From contig OX597831.1 of NCBI GenBank assembly GCA_951406725.2, positions 1,674,001 through 1,738,000 of the forward strand: 64,000 bases of DNA, in the 5' to 3' direction. Position numbers and translations under genes: made by a program. The notes beneath the pieces are model-generated. The model was not told where the DNA came from. It worked only from the letters and a program-made list of their open reading frames with translations, and searched no databases. Positions 36,283 through 49,115 of this stretch are shown here, piece after piece; the stretch's first letter is position 1, and every line of letters begins with the position of its first letter. Source of the DNA: Octopus vulgaris. Taxonomy: Eukaryota.

Positions 36283-36608
36283 CTGTTTCAACACATGGTT
36301 TCACTTCAGGAACCTCAAAGAACAAATTCATGACTATAATTCTTGTAAATAGTTTCATGAGAAGAGGAAGTGCTTGACCATTAGAAATGCTTGTGACCTT
36401 TACGTTCTCTCCACATCTAGTTGGATTGATATGTTTGATGTCTAGTTTGTATATCAGTATATCAGGGTCTGTAGGATGAGAAAATAAAGATGTAGATAAT
36501 CCCAGAGGTGAAGCTAAAACATTGAGTAAAAAGGGTTGGGTTTATTATTGGTTTGAGTAGGGGCTAGGATAGACTAAAACACACTATAGATGATGAGATA
36601 AAATAAAT

Positions 36609-37119
36609 TTTATTATTATTATTGAGTGAGAGAGCAGTGCATGCCATCAAAGTGACACTGGGGTAAAATATACAAAGCCCAGTATACCCATCATGACTAC
36701 CTGTCTGATAAGGGTACACTAGGCACATGCATCACAACCATATGTGTGCGTGACATGGTGATCTCATATCAAGATAAACAGCACATGACCTTACAGGTGA
36801 GGCCCAGTTAGAATTTTCTTCTGGTCGAGTAACCCATCCCACTCAAAAGGTCCCTGAATAAGGGTTATTTAAGGATGTTGAACGAAACACCCATGTTTCC
36901 AGAGGTGAATTATTCAAACCCCAAAGAATCCCTCTCAACACATGGCTATGATGCTCCCCCACTACTACTGCTCATGATCAGAGATGCACATATCATCAGC
37001 CACTAAGGGACATGCTCAACTAGTTATGGTCAAACAACTGACAAGCAAATCTGTGGTATTGAGCAGAATATTTGCTGTAGCCCATCTTTTAATACCAAGG
37101 CAAAACAATTATTATTATT
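36609..37119 (-). mobile_element. ~500-bp ORF-less retroposon-like insert with (AAT)n tail
   Basis: Balanced-GC block bounded on both sides by (TTA)n (TSD/tail-like); family not identified. Confidence 0.5.
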
Positions 37120-38024
37120 AAAAGGTTCTTGGTGGAGTTGATATGTAACTAGTTTGGACTGAAAAGCAGAAACTGTACTATTACTACTACTACTATGTTG
37201 CAATGAAATGAAATGTTGCACTGAAACCTAAGTTAAGGTTTGGAAATTGTTGAGAAGTAAGAGAGGAAACTGTATCTTGTTTTAACATTGGTGTCGGTGG
37301 AGAATGTCTAATAGATGATTATTTGGTTTTTGAATTTGCCTTAGATGATGATTATGTCAGTGATGTTGATGATGGTGATGATGCTAATACAAATAATAAT
37401 AATAATGATGTTGATGAAGGTGATGATACTAATGATGTTAATGATAGTGATGAGCATAACAGACAAACTGCAAGTAAAGAGATACTGAGTGGTGGTGGTG
37501 GTGGTAGTAGTGGGGTGTGTATTGGACAGGGTGTGGTCTAAGACTTTAAATAAAAAACTTGAAATAACTTAACTATCTTACTAATTATTGGTGGCTCTTA
37601 AAATGTCGGCACACCCCACACCCTGTCTTCCACCCTATGTTCTTCCACCCCCAACTCTCTTCACACAACATCCTTATTCCCTGTGCCACCCCCCCACCCT
37701 CATCCTCCATCATTTTTTATTATTACTTCTGTTTTTCGTTATCAGAACTTAGTGACCTAAACCTTATGTTTACAGAAAGCAGTCAACCCTCAAACTTTTA
37801 CTTCAGTCACTGTCTGTCTGTCTGTTTGTTATTTAATTTATTCATAGGTTATTTTTAATCATATTTAATGAGGCCATCCTTATTTTAGATTTTTTTCGTG
37901 TCTTATTTTATTAAATCTAATCTAACCTTCTTTTACTCTTGTTCGTTACCTAAACTTATTTAGTTCGTTTACTCATTATCAGATTAATGTTTGAATGCTT
38001 AGTTATTTTTGTTTATAAATCTTT

Positions 38025-38362
38025 TTATCTTTTAAGTGTTTCAGTCATTAGACTGCGGCCATGCTGGGGCACCACCACGAAGAATTTTTAGTTGAATGAA
38101 TCAACTCCTGGGCTTTTTTTTTTTTTTGTTAAGTCTGGTACTTATCTTATCAGTTTCTTTTGCTGAACTGCTTAGCTACGGGGCATAAACACACCAACAT
38201 CGGTTGTAAACTGGTGGTGATGGGACAAATGCACACACACACACGACAGGCTTCTTTCAGTTTCCGTCTACCAAATCCACTCACAAGGCTTCGGTCAACC
38301 CCACACAGTGGGACTAAATCCAGACCCATGTGGTTGGGAAGCAAGCTTTTTACTACACAGTC
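38025..38362 (-). mobile_element. SINE family A with internal deletion
   Basis: Colinear with 39813-40220. Confidence 0.75.
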
Positions 38363-39812
38363 AGATGATATTTTTAAAAAAAATTAGATGTATCATCATC
38401 TTTGGTTTAACATCTCAGTTTTCCATGCTTGCATGGGTTAGATGGAACTTGTTGAAGCAGATATTCTATGGCCAGATATCTTTCTTGTCCCAACCCTCAC
38501 CTGTTTCTGAGCAAAGTGATATTTCCCCCATGATCTGACATGTTTTTCACAGAAAATTGGAAATGAGCAACTTTTGTTTACAACCATCACATGATGACAA
38601 CACAAACACGCTCTCCCTCTCTCTCTCTGTGGGCTTCTTTCAGTTTCTGTCTACCAAATCCACTCACAAGACATGTCAGCTTGTCTTGTAGAAGATACTT
38701 ACTTGCCCAAGGCAATGAGACTGAACCAGAAACCATATAGCTGGGAAGCTTCTCATTAACAGGAACCATGCTTAGTGTGTGAACAATAACTTTCTTTTCT
38801 GTTTTTTTTTTTTTTTTAAAGAAAAGAAATGGTATTAAACATTTAATTTCTATATATTACTACTAAAAGAAACTATTCAAAACCATTTTCGTTCCTTATC
38901 TCATTGAGATCAGATTGAGGGCTTTTTAGAGACGAAACTTGAAGTTATTTGAAAAATACTTTTTTAAACTTCTCAATTTTTTTTTGGTTTGAAACTTCAA
39001 ATTGATAAAATTAAAATGCTTTCATAAACCAAAATTGGAAAGCATTGGGAAACCAAATGAAAGGAAAAAAATGGTTTTTTAACCTTTTAACTATGAAATT
39101 AAATTACATGGTTATTCTAGTAATAGTGTTAACTATCTAAACCCAACCTCACCACCCCAAAAATTGGAATTGGTATTTTAAGTCCTGTTGCCTTAGTAAA
39201 CTTGATATATTTCAACAAAAAAATAATTTCAAATGTGACATTCCTCTATGAAAGACAGATTGGTATATGAAGCTGTTTTCCACTGTTAAGTGTAATGAAA
39301 TTTTGAGTGGATATATCTGATTCCCACAGTAAATGGGTTAAGTACTTGGAAATTAAAGCAGACATATTTGAAATTCAATTAAAAAAAATTGATAGGAAAT
39401 TTCAGTTGATAGAATTTACAAAAAAGAAAAAAAGCTACCTTTTTTCCATTATTGAATTTCAATTCAGGTTTGAATTCCAAACTTTATATCAAACTTATTC
39501 ATTTTTGTTTAAGAAAATATTTCAATTTTATTTATTTAAGATTGCTATACTGAAGATTAGAAGGAGTATTAAAAAAAAAACTCCTTGAATCAGAATTGCC
39601 ATTCTTCATTTCAATAAAGTATGTACTTAAAAACCATAGACTGCTTGAATAGTTTTACTGGAAGAAGTAGATAAGCAGACTGATATAATTAGTAGTAGAA
39701 GCTGGAGTTTAGTGAAAGCACTTCTCTTAAAGGTAGGATAGGTGTGGATGGAAACAGTTCAGAGTGACCTTAATATCTGTGTTGGCAATGAAAAGGTTTC
39801 TCTCCTTCATAT

Positions 39813-40220
39813 ATTCTTTTACTCTTTTACTTGTTTCAGTCATTTGACTGCGGCCATGCTGGAGCACCGCCTTTAGTCGAGCAAATCGACCCTGGGACTT
39901 ATTCTTTGTAAGCCCAGTACTTATTCTATCGGTCTCTTTTGCCGAACCGCTAAGTGACGGGGACGTAAACACACCAGCATCGGTTGTCAAGCAATGCTAG
40001 GGGGACAAACACAGACACGCAAACACACACACACATACATATATATATGCATATATACGACAGGCTTCTTTCAGTTTCCGTCTACCGAATCCACTCACAA
40101 AGCATTGGTCAGCCCGGGGCTATAGTAGAAGACACTTGCCCAAGATGCCACGCAGTGGGACTGAACCCGGAAGCATGTGGTTGGTTAGCAAGCTACTTAC
40201 CACACAGCCACTCCTGCGCC
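39813..40220 (-). mobile_element. SINE family A, young, full length
   Basis: A box TGGCTGTGTGG, B box GGTTCAGTCCC; near-identical to 25836-26255. Confidence 0.9.
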
Positions 40221-40964
40221 TATGGTAAATTTTAAAAAGTATGTATGAGAAGTAAGGGTATTTATTATGTAAATATCAAATATTTGGAAGGAAAGAAAAG
40301 AACCCCTATCTAATGCTATCAAGCATAGAAAAAAAAAATGAAGGCAAAGTAAAAAGAATTCATGCCTTTCAGAGATTAGATAAGTTGAGTTGTGAGTTGG
40401 CTAATATATTACGAACATTTATTGAAGACAGTGAAATGACAGTATTTGTAGGCATTGACCTATATAAATATCTTTACAGTATTTATTTTTTTAACCCTCC
40501 TTGTTTTGGGTTCAAATCCTGCTTGGAATGCTTCTCTTCATTTTGTGCTCCATAGAATAAGAACCCATTACAAATTTGGAGAGTGGGGACTGATTCAGTT
40601 GAAAATTCATGAGTACAAGAGGATTTTACTAGAGGATTTAAGAATACAAAGTAGTTGAATGTTATTGATAAATTGATTACTTTCAACAGCATTTACAGTT
40701 TTACACACATGGTAAGATTTGAACTCAGAATGCAAAGAACCAGAACAAATTCCAATTATACACTGTCTGAAATTGACCTATTTTTGTATTAATCCTAATA
40801 GGATCTTTTTTATTAGGTATTTCTAGAGGCAAAGAGGGATCATGTGTTCATGATCTGCTAGAAATAACAGAAAAATCTCTCTGATATCACAATTTTTCAA
40901 CTTGGAAAAGTAAAAAAAGGAAGAGTGGTGGGCAGCAACATTGGTTTAATATAGGCAAGCATGT

Positions 40965-41178
40965 TTAACCCTTAAATATTCAGGTTATTCTGCTAAATAT
41001 AATGCTTATTTATTCACATTGTTTTGAATTAATCATACACTACGTCATAGCTTTGAAATTTTAATGATGCAATTATATATTTTTATCATGATATTGTAGA
41101 GCAGAGATATGAGGCCAAATCTGGCCAGTCTGAGCATAAAACAGGCTGGATATAGCTGGTTTAAATGCTAAAAGATTG
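40965..41178 (+). mobile_element. MITE family 2, full length
   Basis: TTAA|CCCTT...TTTAAATGCTAAAAG. Confidence 0.7.
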
Positions 41179-42409
41179 TCGAAAGCTAAAAAATAACTTT
41201 TAGTGTTAATGAATATTATTCTCAAAAAGACTAAGAGTAAGAACTCTCAATTATATGCGCTTTATCTGATGGTACCTTGAGAAAATTTCCAGTGGTATTG
41301 AGTAATGACACCCGAGATAACATGGCATTTGAATTAAAGAATTAAACATGGTCCCAACTGCAATGACTTTGATCATGGGTTTGCTCTATCAGATTTGCCT
41401 TTGGGGGCTAAGCAGCAACAACAATGAGATCTGTGTTGCCTTCAGCATATTCTCTATTTTATTTCTTTATACTTCAGACGTTGTTCTTGGTGTTTGATTT
41501 CTAAAAAATGTTCTCTTTAAAAAGAAATAACGATGTTTGTGAAAATTATCTGATATCTTCACTTTGGAATTCTTTAACTGATACGGACCACAGACCAGAT
41601 CTATTTTCGTTTTCTTATATGGCAATGCCTGTAAATCAATGTAAATCTATGAGAGAGAGAGAGAAATAGAGTTAGAAAATGTCTTCTTATTTCCAGCTTG
41701 CTATTAACGCAAACTCTAAACTTCTTTGGCTGGTGAATTAGTTTTCAGATTGGCTTTCAGAATAGAAACTTCAAACTGTTTATTTGGGGTGTTTACATGG
41801 TTTTACATTGGTGCCTTGCACTGTGCATTGCTAGTTACATTCATAGGAAACATGAGAGACATAAGTCTTATAATTCTATATTCTGGTGATGATGGTATTT
41901 TCTTTGATATATATTTTGTTTCAGAAAGAAATTCAAGAAACCATGGTTAAAAAAATACCATAACAAAAAAAAAAAATTAATAATAATAATAATAATAATA
42001 AATATTTTTCGTTGTGAAAACATTTATGTCTATATCAGAAATTAATATTTAAACCCCAAGAGAAGGATATGTTACATGAATATTTATATCATTATTGTCA
42101 TCTTAATCATCATCTTTGTCATCAGTGAACCCATAGTGGGGATATTCCATACACATGCATGCGTGCGCACACACACACACACATAAGCGCACGCACACAC
42201 ACACACGATGTTGTTTGGTTCATGTCGTCAGATGTTAACCGTTTCATTATCCAATGTTCTGTCAACTTCTTACTGTCATAACACCTTAGTGCTCTGCAAT
42301 AACTTGTATATCTACAATATATTATTTGTGTATGTCTGTATATGTATTTGTGTGTGTAATATATGTATGATGATGATGATGGTGTGTGTGTGTATATATG
42401 TGTGTGTGA

Positions 42410-42723
42410 CCTTACTGGAACCGGTACCAGTGGTATGTGAAAAAGCATTTGAGCGAGATCGTTGCCAGTGCCACTGGACTGGCTCCTGTGCAGGTGGCAT
42501 GTAAAAAAACACCATTTGAGCATGGCTGTTGCTAGTGCCACCTGACTGGCCATCGTGCCGGTGGCACATAAAAGCACCCACTACATTCTCGGAGTGGTTG
42601 GCATTAGGAAGGGCATCTAGCTGTAGAAACTCTGCCAGATCAGATTGGAGTCTGGTTCGCCAGACCTCAGTCAAATTGTCCAACTCATGCTAGCATGGGA
42701 AGCGGACGTTAAACGATGATGAT
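42410..42723 (+). mobile_element. SINE family C subfamily (also at 49354-49705, minus)
   Basis: GGCATGTAAAAAAACACC/GGCACATAAAAGCACC subrepeats and GGACGTTAAACGATGATGAT tail. Confidence 0.8.
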
Positions 42724-42755
42724 GGCTGTATTTCTAGGATGCTGATCACATGGGA

Positions 42756-44188
42756 GACTCCATCATTGGCTCATCTAAGATGGTGGGGCATATTTTTAGG
42801 GGTACATGGCTGCTATTTCTAGTGCACTTGATGACTACATAAGAGACTCCATCATTGGCTCATCTAAGATAGTGGGGCATATTTTTAGGGGTACATGGCT
42901 GCTATTTCTAGTGCACTTGATGACTACATAAGAGACTCCATCATTGGCTCATCTAAGATAGTGGGGCATATTTTTAGGGGGTACATGGCTGCTATTTCTA
43001 GTGCACTTGATGACTACATAAGAGACTCCATCATTGGCTCATCTAAGATAGTGGGGCATATTTTTAGTGGTACATGGCTGCTATTTCTAGTGCACTTGAT
43101 GACTACATAAGAGACTCCATCATTGGCACATCTAAGATAGTGGGGCATATTTTTAGGGGTACATGGCTGCTATTTCTAGTGCACTTGATGACTACATAAG
43201 AGACTCCATCATTGGCTCATATAAGATAGTGGGGCATATTTTTAGGGGTACATGGCTGCTATTTCTAGTGCACTTGATGACTACATAAGAGACTCCATCA
43301 TTGGCTCATCTAAGATAGTGGGGCATATTTTTAGGGGTACATGGCTGCTATTTCTAGTGCACTTGATGACTACATAAGAGACTCCATCATTGGCTCATCT
43401 AAGATAGTGGGGCATATTTTTAGGGGTACATGGCTGCTATTTCTAGTGCACTTGATGACTACATAAGAGACTCCATCATTGGCTCATCTAAGATAGTGGG
43501 GCATATTTTTAGGGGTACATGGCTGCTATTTCTAGTGCACTTGATGACTACATAAGAGACTCCATCATTGGCTCATCTAAGATAGTGGGGCATATTTTAG
43601 GGGTACATGGCTGCTATTTCTAGTGCACTTGATGACTACATAAGAGACTCCATCATTGGCTCATCTAAGATAGTGGGGCATATTTTTAGGGGTACATGGC
43701 TGCTATTTCTAGTGCACTTGATGACTACATAAGAGACTCCATCATTGGCTCATCTAAGATAGTGGGGCATATTTTTAGGGGTACATGGCTGCTATTTCTA
43801 GTGCACTTGATGACTACATAAGAGACTCCATCATTGGCTCATCTAAGATAGTGGGGCATATTTTTAGGGGTACATGGCTGCTATTTCTAGTGCACTTGAT
43901 GACTACATAAGAGACTCCATCATTGGCTCATCTAAGATAGTGGGGCATATTTTTAGGGGTACATGGCTGCTATTTCTAGTGCACTTGATGACTACATAAG
44001 AGACTCCATCATTGGCTCATCTAAGATAGTGGGGCATATTTTTAGGGGTACATGGCTGCTATTTCTAGTGCACTTGATGACTACATAAGAGACTCCATCA
44101 TTGGCTCATCTAAGATAGTGGGGCATATTTTTAGGGGTACATAACTGCTATTTCTAGTGCACTTGATGACTACATAAGAGACTCCATC
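42756..44188. repeat. Homogeneous tandem array: 16 full 89-bp units plus a partial unit
   Basis: GACTCCATC starts at 42756, 42845, 42934, 43024, 43113 ... 44002, 44091, 44180; only single-base differences. Confidence 0.97.
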
Positions 44189-44626
44189 CCTAGCTTGATA
44201 GTCTGATACTTGCGTTGTTATGTGAAGTTGATTAATGGTAGTCAAACTTGTCTTCAGGTTTTATTGTTTATTCCTCCCCCACTTCTTTTATTCATTTACA
44301 TCTGTCAGAATAAAGTTTCTGATTTCAGTGTCTGTTACTGTCTTGTATTTGTCTATAGCTAGAATCTCCATTTTCCTTCTTATCACCGTTTTCATCGTAC
44401 TGCAAGGTCATTTCTATTGGACATATGATGACTTGCTAATTACTGCCTACTAAAAGATAGTATTACAAATAACCACATCATTTGTTCTTGCTAAATTTCC
44501 ATTAGTCTCTTCCCCCCCCCTCTTTCTCCCCCCCCCACATATATATACAGACTAACACATTGTCTGACTACTTCAAACTCACCAGTTATCTTTGATTGTT
44601 ATCAGTTACTGCCAATGACATTCACC

Positions 44627-44669
<43 letters not shown>

Positions 44670-45104
44670 ATGATGATTAAGCGAATTATAACGATAGTAG
44701 TGTTGATTATAATTAACTGAAAAAGAATGATTGCGAGAATGATAATTTCTAATTTTGGCACAAGGCCAGCAGTCTTGAGGAAAGGCGGGGAGTTGATTAT
44801 ATATATATCTACCCCTGCCCCAATGCTCAGCTGGTACTTATTTTATTGACACCAAAAAGATGGAAGGCAAAGTCGACCTTGGTGGAATTTGAACTCACAT
44901 TTAAAGAGCTGGAAGAAATGCTGTCTGCCTGCTCCCTACTTTGATGATGATGATGATGATGATAATTCTTTCTAAGTATTGGCAGAAAGGAAAGGCTAAA
45001 TCAATTGCATTAATCCCAGGGCTTGACTGGTACTTTATTTATTGACTCCCACCCTACCCCAGAGCTGCTGATGTGGTTGATGTTGGTGATTAATGATGGT
45101 GATA

Positions 45105-45357
45105 ATCATCATCATCATTTAGCGTCCGCTTTCCATGCTAGCATGGGTTGGACGGTTCAACTGGGGTCTGTGAAGCCAGAAGGCTGCTTCAGGCCCAGTC
45201 TGATCTGGCAGTGTTTCTATGGCTGGATGCCCTTCCTAACGCCAACCACTCCGCGAGTGTAGTGGGTGCTTTTTACGTGCCACCCGCACAGGTGCCAGAC
45301 GGAGCTGGCAAACGGCCACGAACGGATGGTGCTTTTTACGTGCCACCGACACGGGAT
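45105..45357 (-). mobile_element. SINE family C
   Basis: Nearly identical to 34325-34634. Confidence 0.85.
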
Positions 45358-45369
45358 ATAATAATAATA

Positions 45370-45560
45370 ATCCTTTCTACTAAAGGCACAAGGCCTGAAA
45401 TTTTGTGGGAGGGGACTAGTCAATCGTATTGACCCCAGTACACAGCTGGTACTTAATTTATCGACCCCAAAAGGATGAAAAGCAAAGTTAACCTCAGCAG
45501 AACTTGAACTCAGAACATAGCGATGGACAAAATACCGCTAAGCATTTTGCCCAACATGAT
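45370..45560 (-). mobile_element. SINE family B
   Basis: GGTACTTAATTTATCGACCCCAAAAGGATGAAA. Confidence 0.8.
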
Positions 45561-45561
45561 G

Positions 45562-45960
45562 TGTGAATGAGAATGATCTGTTTATGGTTTTATGGGACTT
45601 TATTGTACAGACCCGACTATCAAATTCAAGCAAGGCAACCAAATCATTCTGTACAAGGTGTCAAAAGCATGCATCATCATAGATGTGGTTGTGTCTGCTG
45701 ATATGAATGTAACAGTTATAGAAAAGGTAAAATAGGAAAATACCAAGACTTCACAAGGGAATTGTAAAGACTGGAGAGTTTCTACAAAAGTTATATCAAT
45801 AGTTATGAGCATCTTAGGTACAATTACCAACAGATTTCGTAGTTTCTTTAATGAGATTGGAGTGACAATGAGACTTGCATTAATACAGAAATCTCTTCTG
45901 TTTGGTACAGCAAGGATTGCTTGAAAGGACCTTGATATATAAGGAAACTAGCTGTGACCC
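45562..45960 (+). mobile_element. R4/Dong-like non-LTR retrotransposon 3' remnant (restriction-like endonuclease domain)
   Basis: Frameshifted ENDLFMVLWDFIVQT-DYQIQARQP...CIIIDVVVSADMNV...KYQD...KVISIVMSILGT...LIQKSLLFGTARI matches the WDF..D..RPD..DV.VP..KY.DL..GALG..QK..L.GTARI pattern. Confidence 0.8.
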
Positions 45961-46472
45961 AGTATCAAGACATTGATTCCAAATGTAACACATTTGTGCA
46001 TACCATTCATTATCATCATTGAATGTCCATTTTCCATGCTGGCATGGATTGGACAGTTTGACAGGAACTGGCAAGCTGGAAGGCTGTACCAAACTCCATT
46101 CATCTGTTTTGGGATGGTTTCTATGGCTGGATGCCCTTCCTAGTGCCAACCATTTTTACAGCTTGTACTGGGTGCTTTTTATGTATCACTAGTATCATTA
46201 AATAATAATAATAATAATTCTTTCTAATTTTGGAATGCAAAGATAGCAATTTTGAGGGCAGAAGTAAGACCTTGGTGCTAAACTGGTGCTTATTTATTGA
46301 CTCCTATAAAATGAAAGACAAAGTTAATCTTAGTGGAACTTGAACCCAAGACATAAAAAAGTCAGAAGAAATGCTACTAAGCATTTTGTCCAGTGCCCTA
46401 ACAATTATGACAGCTAAATATAAGGCTAACAATTTTGAGGGGGGGCGGCTAATACCATTGGTCCCAGTACAT

Positions 46473-46737
46473 GTGGAGGTGCATGGCTTAGTGGTTAGAG
46501 TGTTGAACTCATGATTGTAAGATTGTGGTTTTGATTCCTGGACTGGGTGATGCATTGGGTTGTTGAGCAAAACATTCCACTTCATGTTGCGCTTGTCCAC
46601 TCAGCTGGTAAAATGAGTAATTCTGTGACGGATCAGCATCCCATCCAGTTGGGGTATTTGTACACCACGGAAACCATGAAAACCAGCCCTTATGAGTCAG
46701 CATGACTCGAGAAAGTAACTTTACCTAACTTTACTTT
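46473..46737 (+). mobile_element. SINE family D (variant tail)
   Basis: Head and body homologous to 56036-56301; (CTTTA)n-like tail. Confidence 0.75.
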
Positions 46738-47492
46738 AGTGCCTGGCTAGTACTTTATTTTACTGACCCTGGAAGGATGAAAGGCAAAGTTGACTTTGGC
46801 AGGATGTGAACTCAAAATGTAAAGAACTGGAACAAATACAACAAGGTATTTTTCTCATGTTCTAACATTTCTGACTGTTTACCACCTGTAATGGTTTCTT
46901 ATTTTGGTACAAAGACAACAATTTAGTGGGGAAGTAGTCAATGCCATTGATCCCAGTACTAGATTAGTACTTTGTTTGTAAAACACCACCCTCCACCACC
47001 CCAAAAAGGATGAAAGCTGAAATTGGATTTGGCAGGATTTCAGTTCAGAATGTAAAGAGTTGGAATGAATTAATAAAAACAATGACAACACCAGTAATTA
47101 GTAGCTTGATATATATCTGAACCTTTCACTCTAGCTCTGAGAGAAAGAGAGAGAGAGAGAGAGATGAAAATAAATTATGTGATCCTGAGTCACCATATTT
47201 GACTATATCCAAATATCCCATGTTAAAACTGTAGTTAATAATTCTTCCACTGTGTATGAACTGGTACAGGAGAGATAGGTATATAGAACAAGAGCTTCTA
47301 AGAAAATTGTTTTGTATTATTGAGAGCGAAAAATGAGAATATAAGAGATTAATGGAAGTTAAATGAAAGCGAGACAAAAAAAAAATCAGCTTATATGAAG
47401 GCAGTTATCTAAATCTTAAAGCTTCTTAACTTCATACATGAACAAAAGCATCATTCACACACACATGTACATATATGCATCTATCTGTCTGC

Positions 47493-47695
47493 CTGTCTCC
47501 TATTCATACACCCACACACATACACCTATAGAGGTATATATGCATTTATCTGTCTTTCAATCTATCTATCCCACCATTCACGCACATACACACACACATG
47601 TATACATTTATCTGTCTCCTATTCATACACCCACACACATACACCTATAGAGGTTATATATGTATTTATCTGTCTATCTATCTATCCCTCCATTC

Positions 47696-47726
<31 letters not shown>

Positions 47727-47746
47727 TGTGTATACATTTATCTGTC
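47493..47746. repeat. ~119-bp tandem duplication of microsatellite-rich sequence
   Basis: CTGTCTCCTATTCATACACCCACACACATACACCTATAGAGGT occurs twice. Confidence 0.8.
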
Positions 47747-48038
47747 TATTTGTTTGTCAATCAATCATTTGATATAGCCGTCTTATATGAACCTGAATAA
47801 TTACTGTATTGTATGTTGTACATTTTATACAAGCTCAGCCAAATATTGTACTTTCTGAGTATGAAACTTGAAGTAGTTCACCCGTAACTTCTGTATTTAT
47901 TATGTATTTCACTCTCACTGAATTTAGTGCTTTTTTGTTTGTTTGTCATGTCCTTGGCCCACCTCAAAGATCTTTGTGGAATTGTTACAGCATCAGACTG
48001 GTGGAATTGTTACAGCATCAGGCAAGATGCCCAGCAGT

Positions 48039-49115
48039 ATTTGTTCTGACTATTTGCATTCTGAGTTCAAATCTCATCATAACCTACTCTGATGACAGAT
48101 TTAATCCATTTATTGACATAATTCAGTAGTGATGCAGTGCCTTTATTTTAATTAAGTTTCAAAATAATGAAGAACTTTTTTAAAATAACGTTGTCATTTA
48201 CTAAGCTGATGTTTGAAACATAAATTAACATCTTGATGGAAAGTTTTAATTAAGATTGCTTTAAAACAGGATGTTTGCATCATAGAACAAGGGGCAGTCT
48301 GAGACTGGAAGTTGGTGTCAAACAGTTCAATCCACTTCCTAGTTTAACACCACCATACAATCCAGTCTTTCTCTTTCTTTGGCTGAAGAATCAACTTTAT
48401 TGCGAGCATTTGAGCCAAGTTTCCACTTTAATCTTTATTGATATCAGCCTACCTGAAACTGTCTCTGGTTCCATGTCAGGAAGAATCTTGTTTTAAAGTC
48501 ATTAAATTAAAGCCTTCCATCAGAATTTCATCTTATATTTCAGACACCAACTTAACAATAACAAAGTTATTTCACTAATTTGTTCTGACTATTTGCATTC
48601 TGAGTTCAAATCTCATCATAACCTACTCTGATGACAGATTTAATCCATTTATTGACATAATTCAGTAGTGATGCAGTGCCTTTATTTTAATTAAGTTTCA
48701 AAATAATGAAGAACTTTTTTAAAATAACGTTGTCATTTACTAAGCTGATGTTTGAAACATAAATTAACATCTTGATGGAAAGTTTTAATTAAGATTGCTT
48801 TAAAACAGGATGTTTGCATCATAGAACAAGGGGCAGTCTGAGACTGGAAGTTGGTGTCAAACAGTTCAATCCACTTCCTAGTTTAACACCACCATACAAT
48901 CCAGTCTTTCTCTTTCTTTGGCTGAAGAATCAACTTTATTGCGAGCATTTGAGCCAAGTTTCCACTTTAATCTTTATTGATATCAGCCTACCTGAAACTG
49001 TCTCTGGTTCCATGTCAGGAGAATCTTGTTTTAAAGTCATTAAATTAAAGCCTTCCATCAGAATTTCATCTTATATTTCAGACACCAACTTAACAATAAC
49101 AAAGTTATTTCACTA
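48039..49115. repeat. 539-bp near-perfect tandem duplication containing MITE-1 pieces
   Basis: Copies 48039-48577 and 48578-49115; matching ORFs at 48275 and 48814; one visible 1-bp indel (CAGGAAGAATC/CAGGAGAATC). Confidence 0.95.

Noticed and set aside
36414-36478. miR-190-like TGATATGTTTGAT in a small hairpin
   Set aside because: The match covers only ~13 nt and a 22-mer would run into the loop; geometry does not fit a pre-miRNA.
37323-37541. Acidic Asp/Asn-rich ORF
   Set aside because: Translation of (GAT)/(AAT)/(GGT) microsatellites.
41824-41844. miR-33-like GTGCATTGCTAGTTACATTCA
   Set aside because: No complementary 3' arm downstream.
42756-44188. CRISPR-like regular array
   Set aside because: Units are identical end to end with no unique spacers, there are no cas genes, and the context is eukaryotic.
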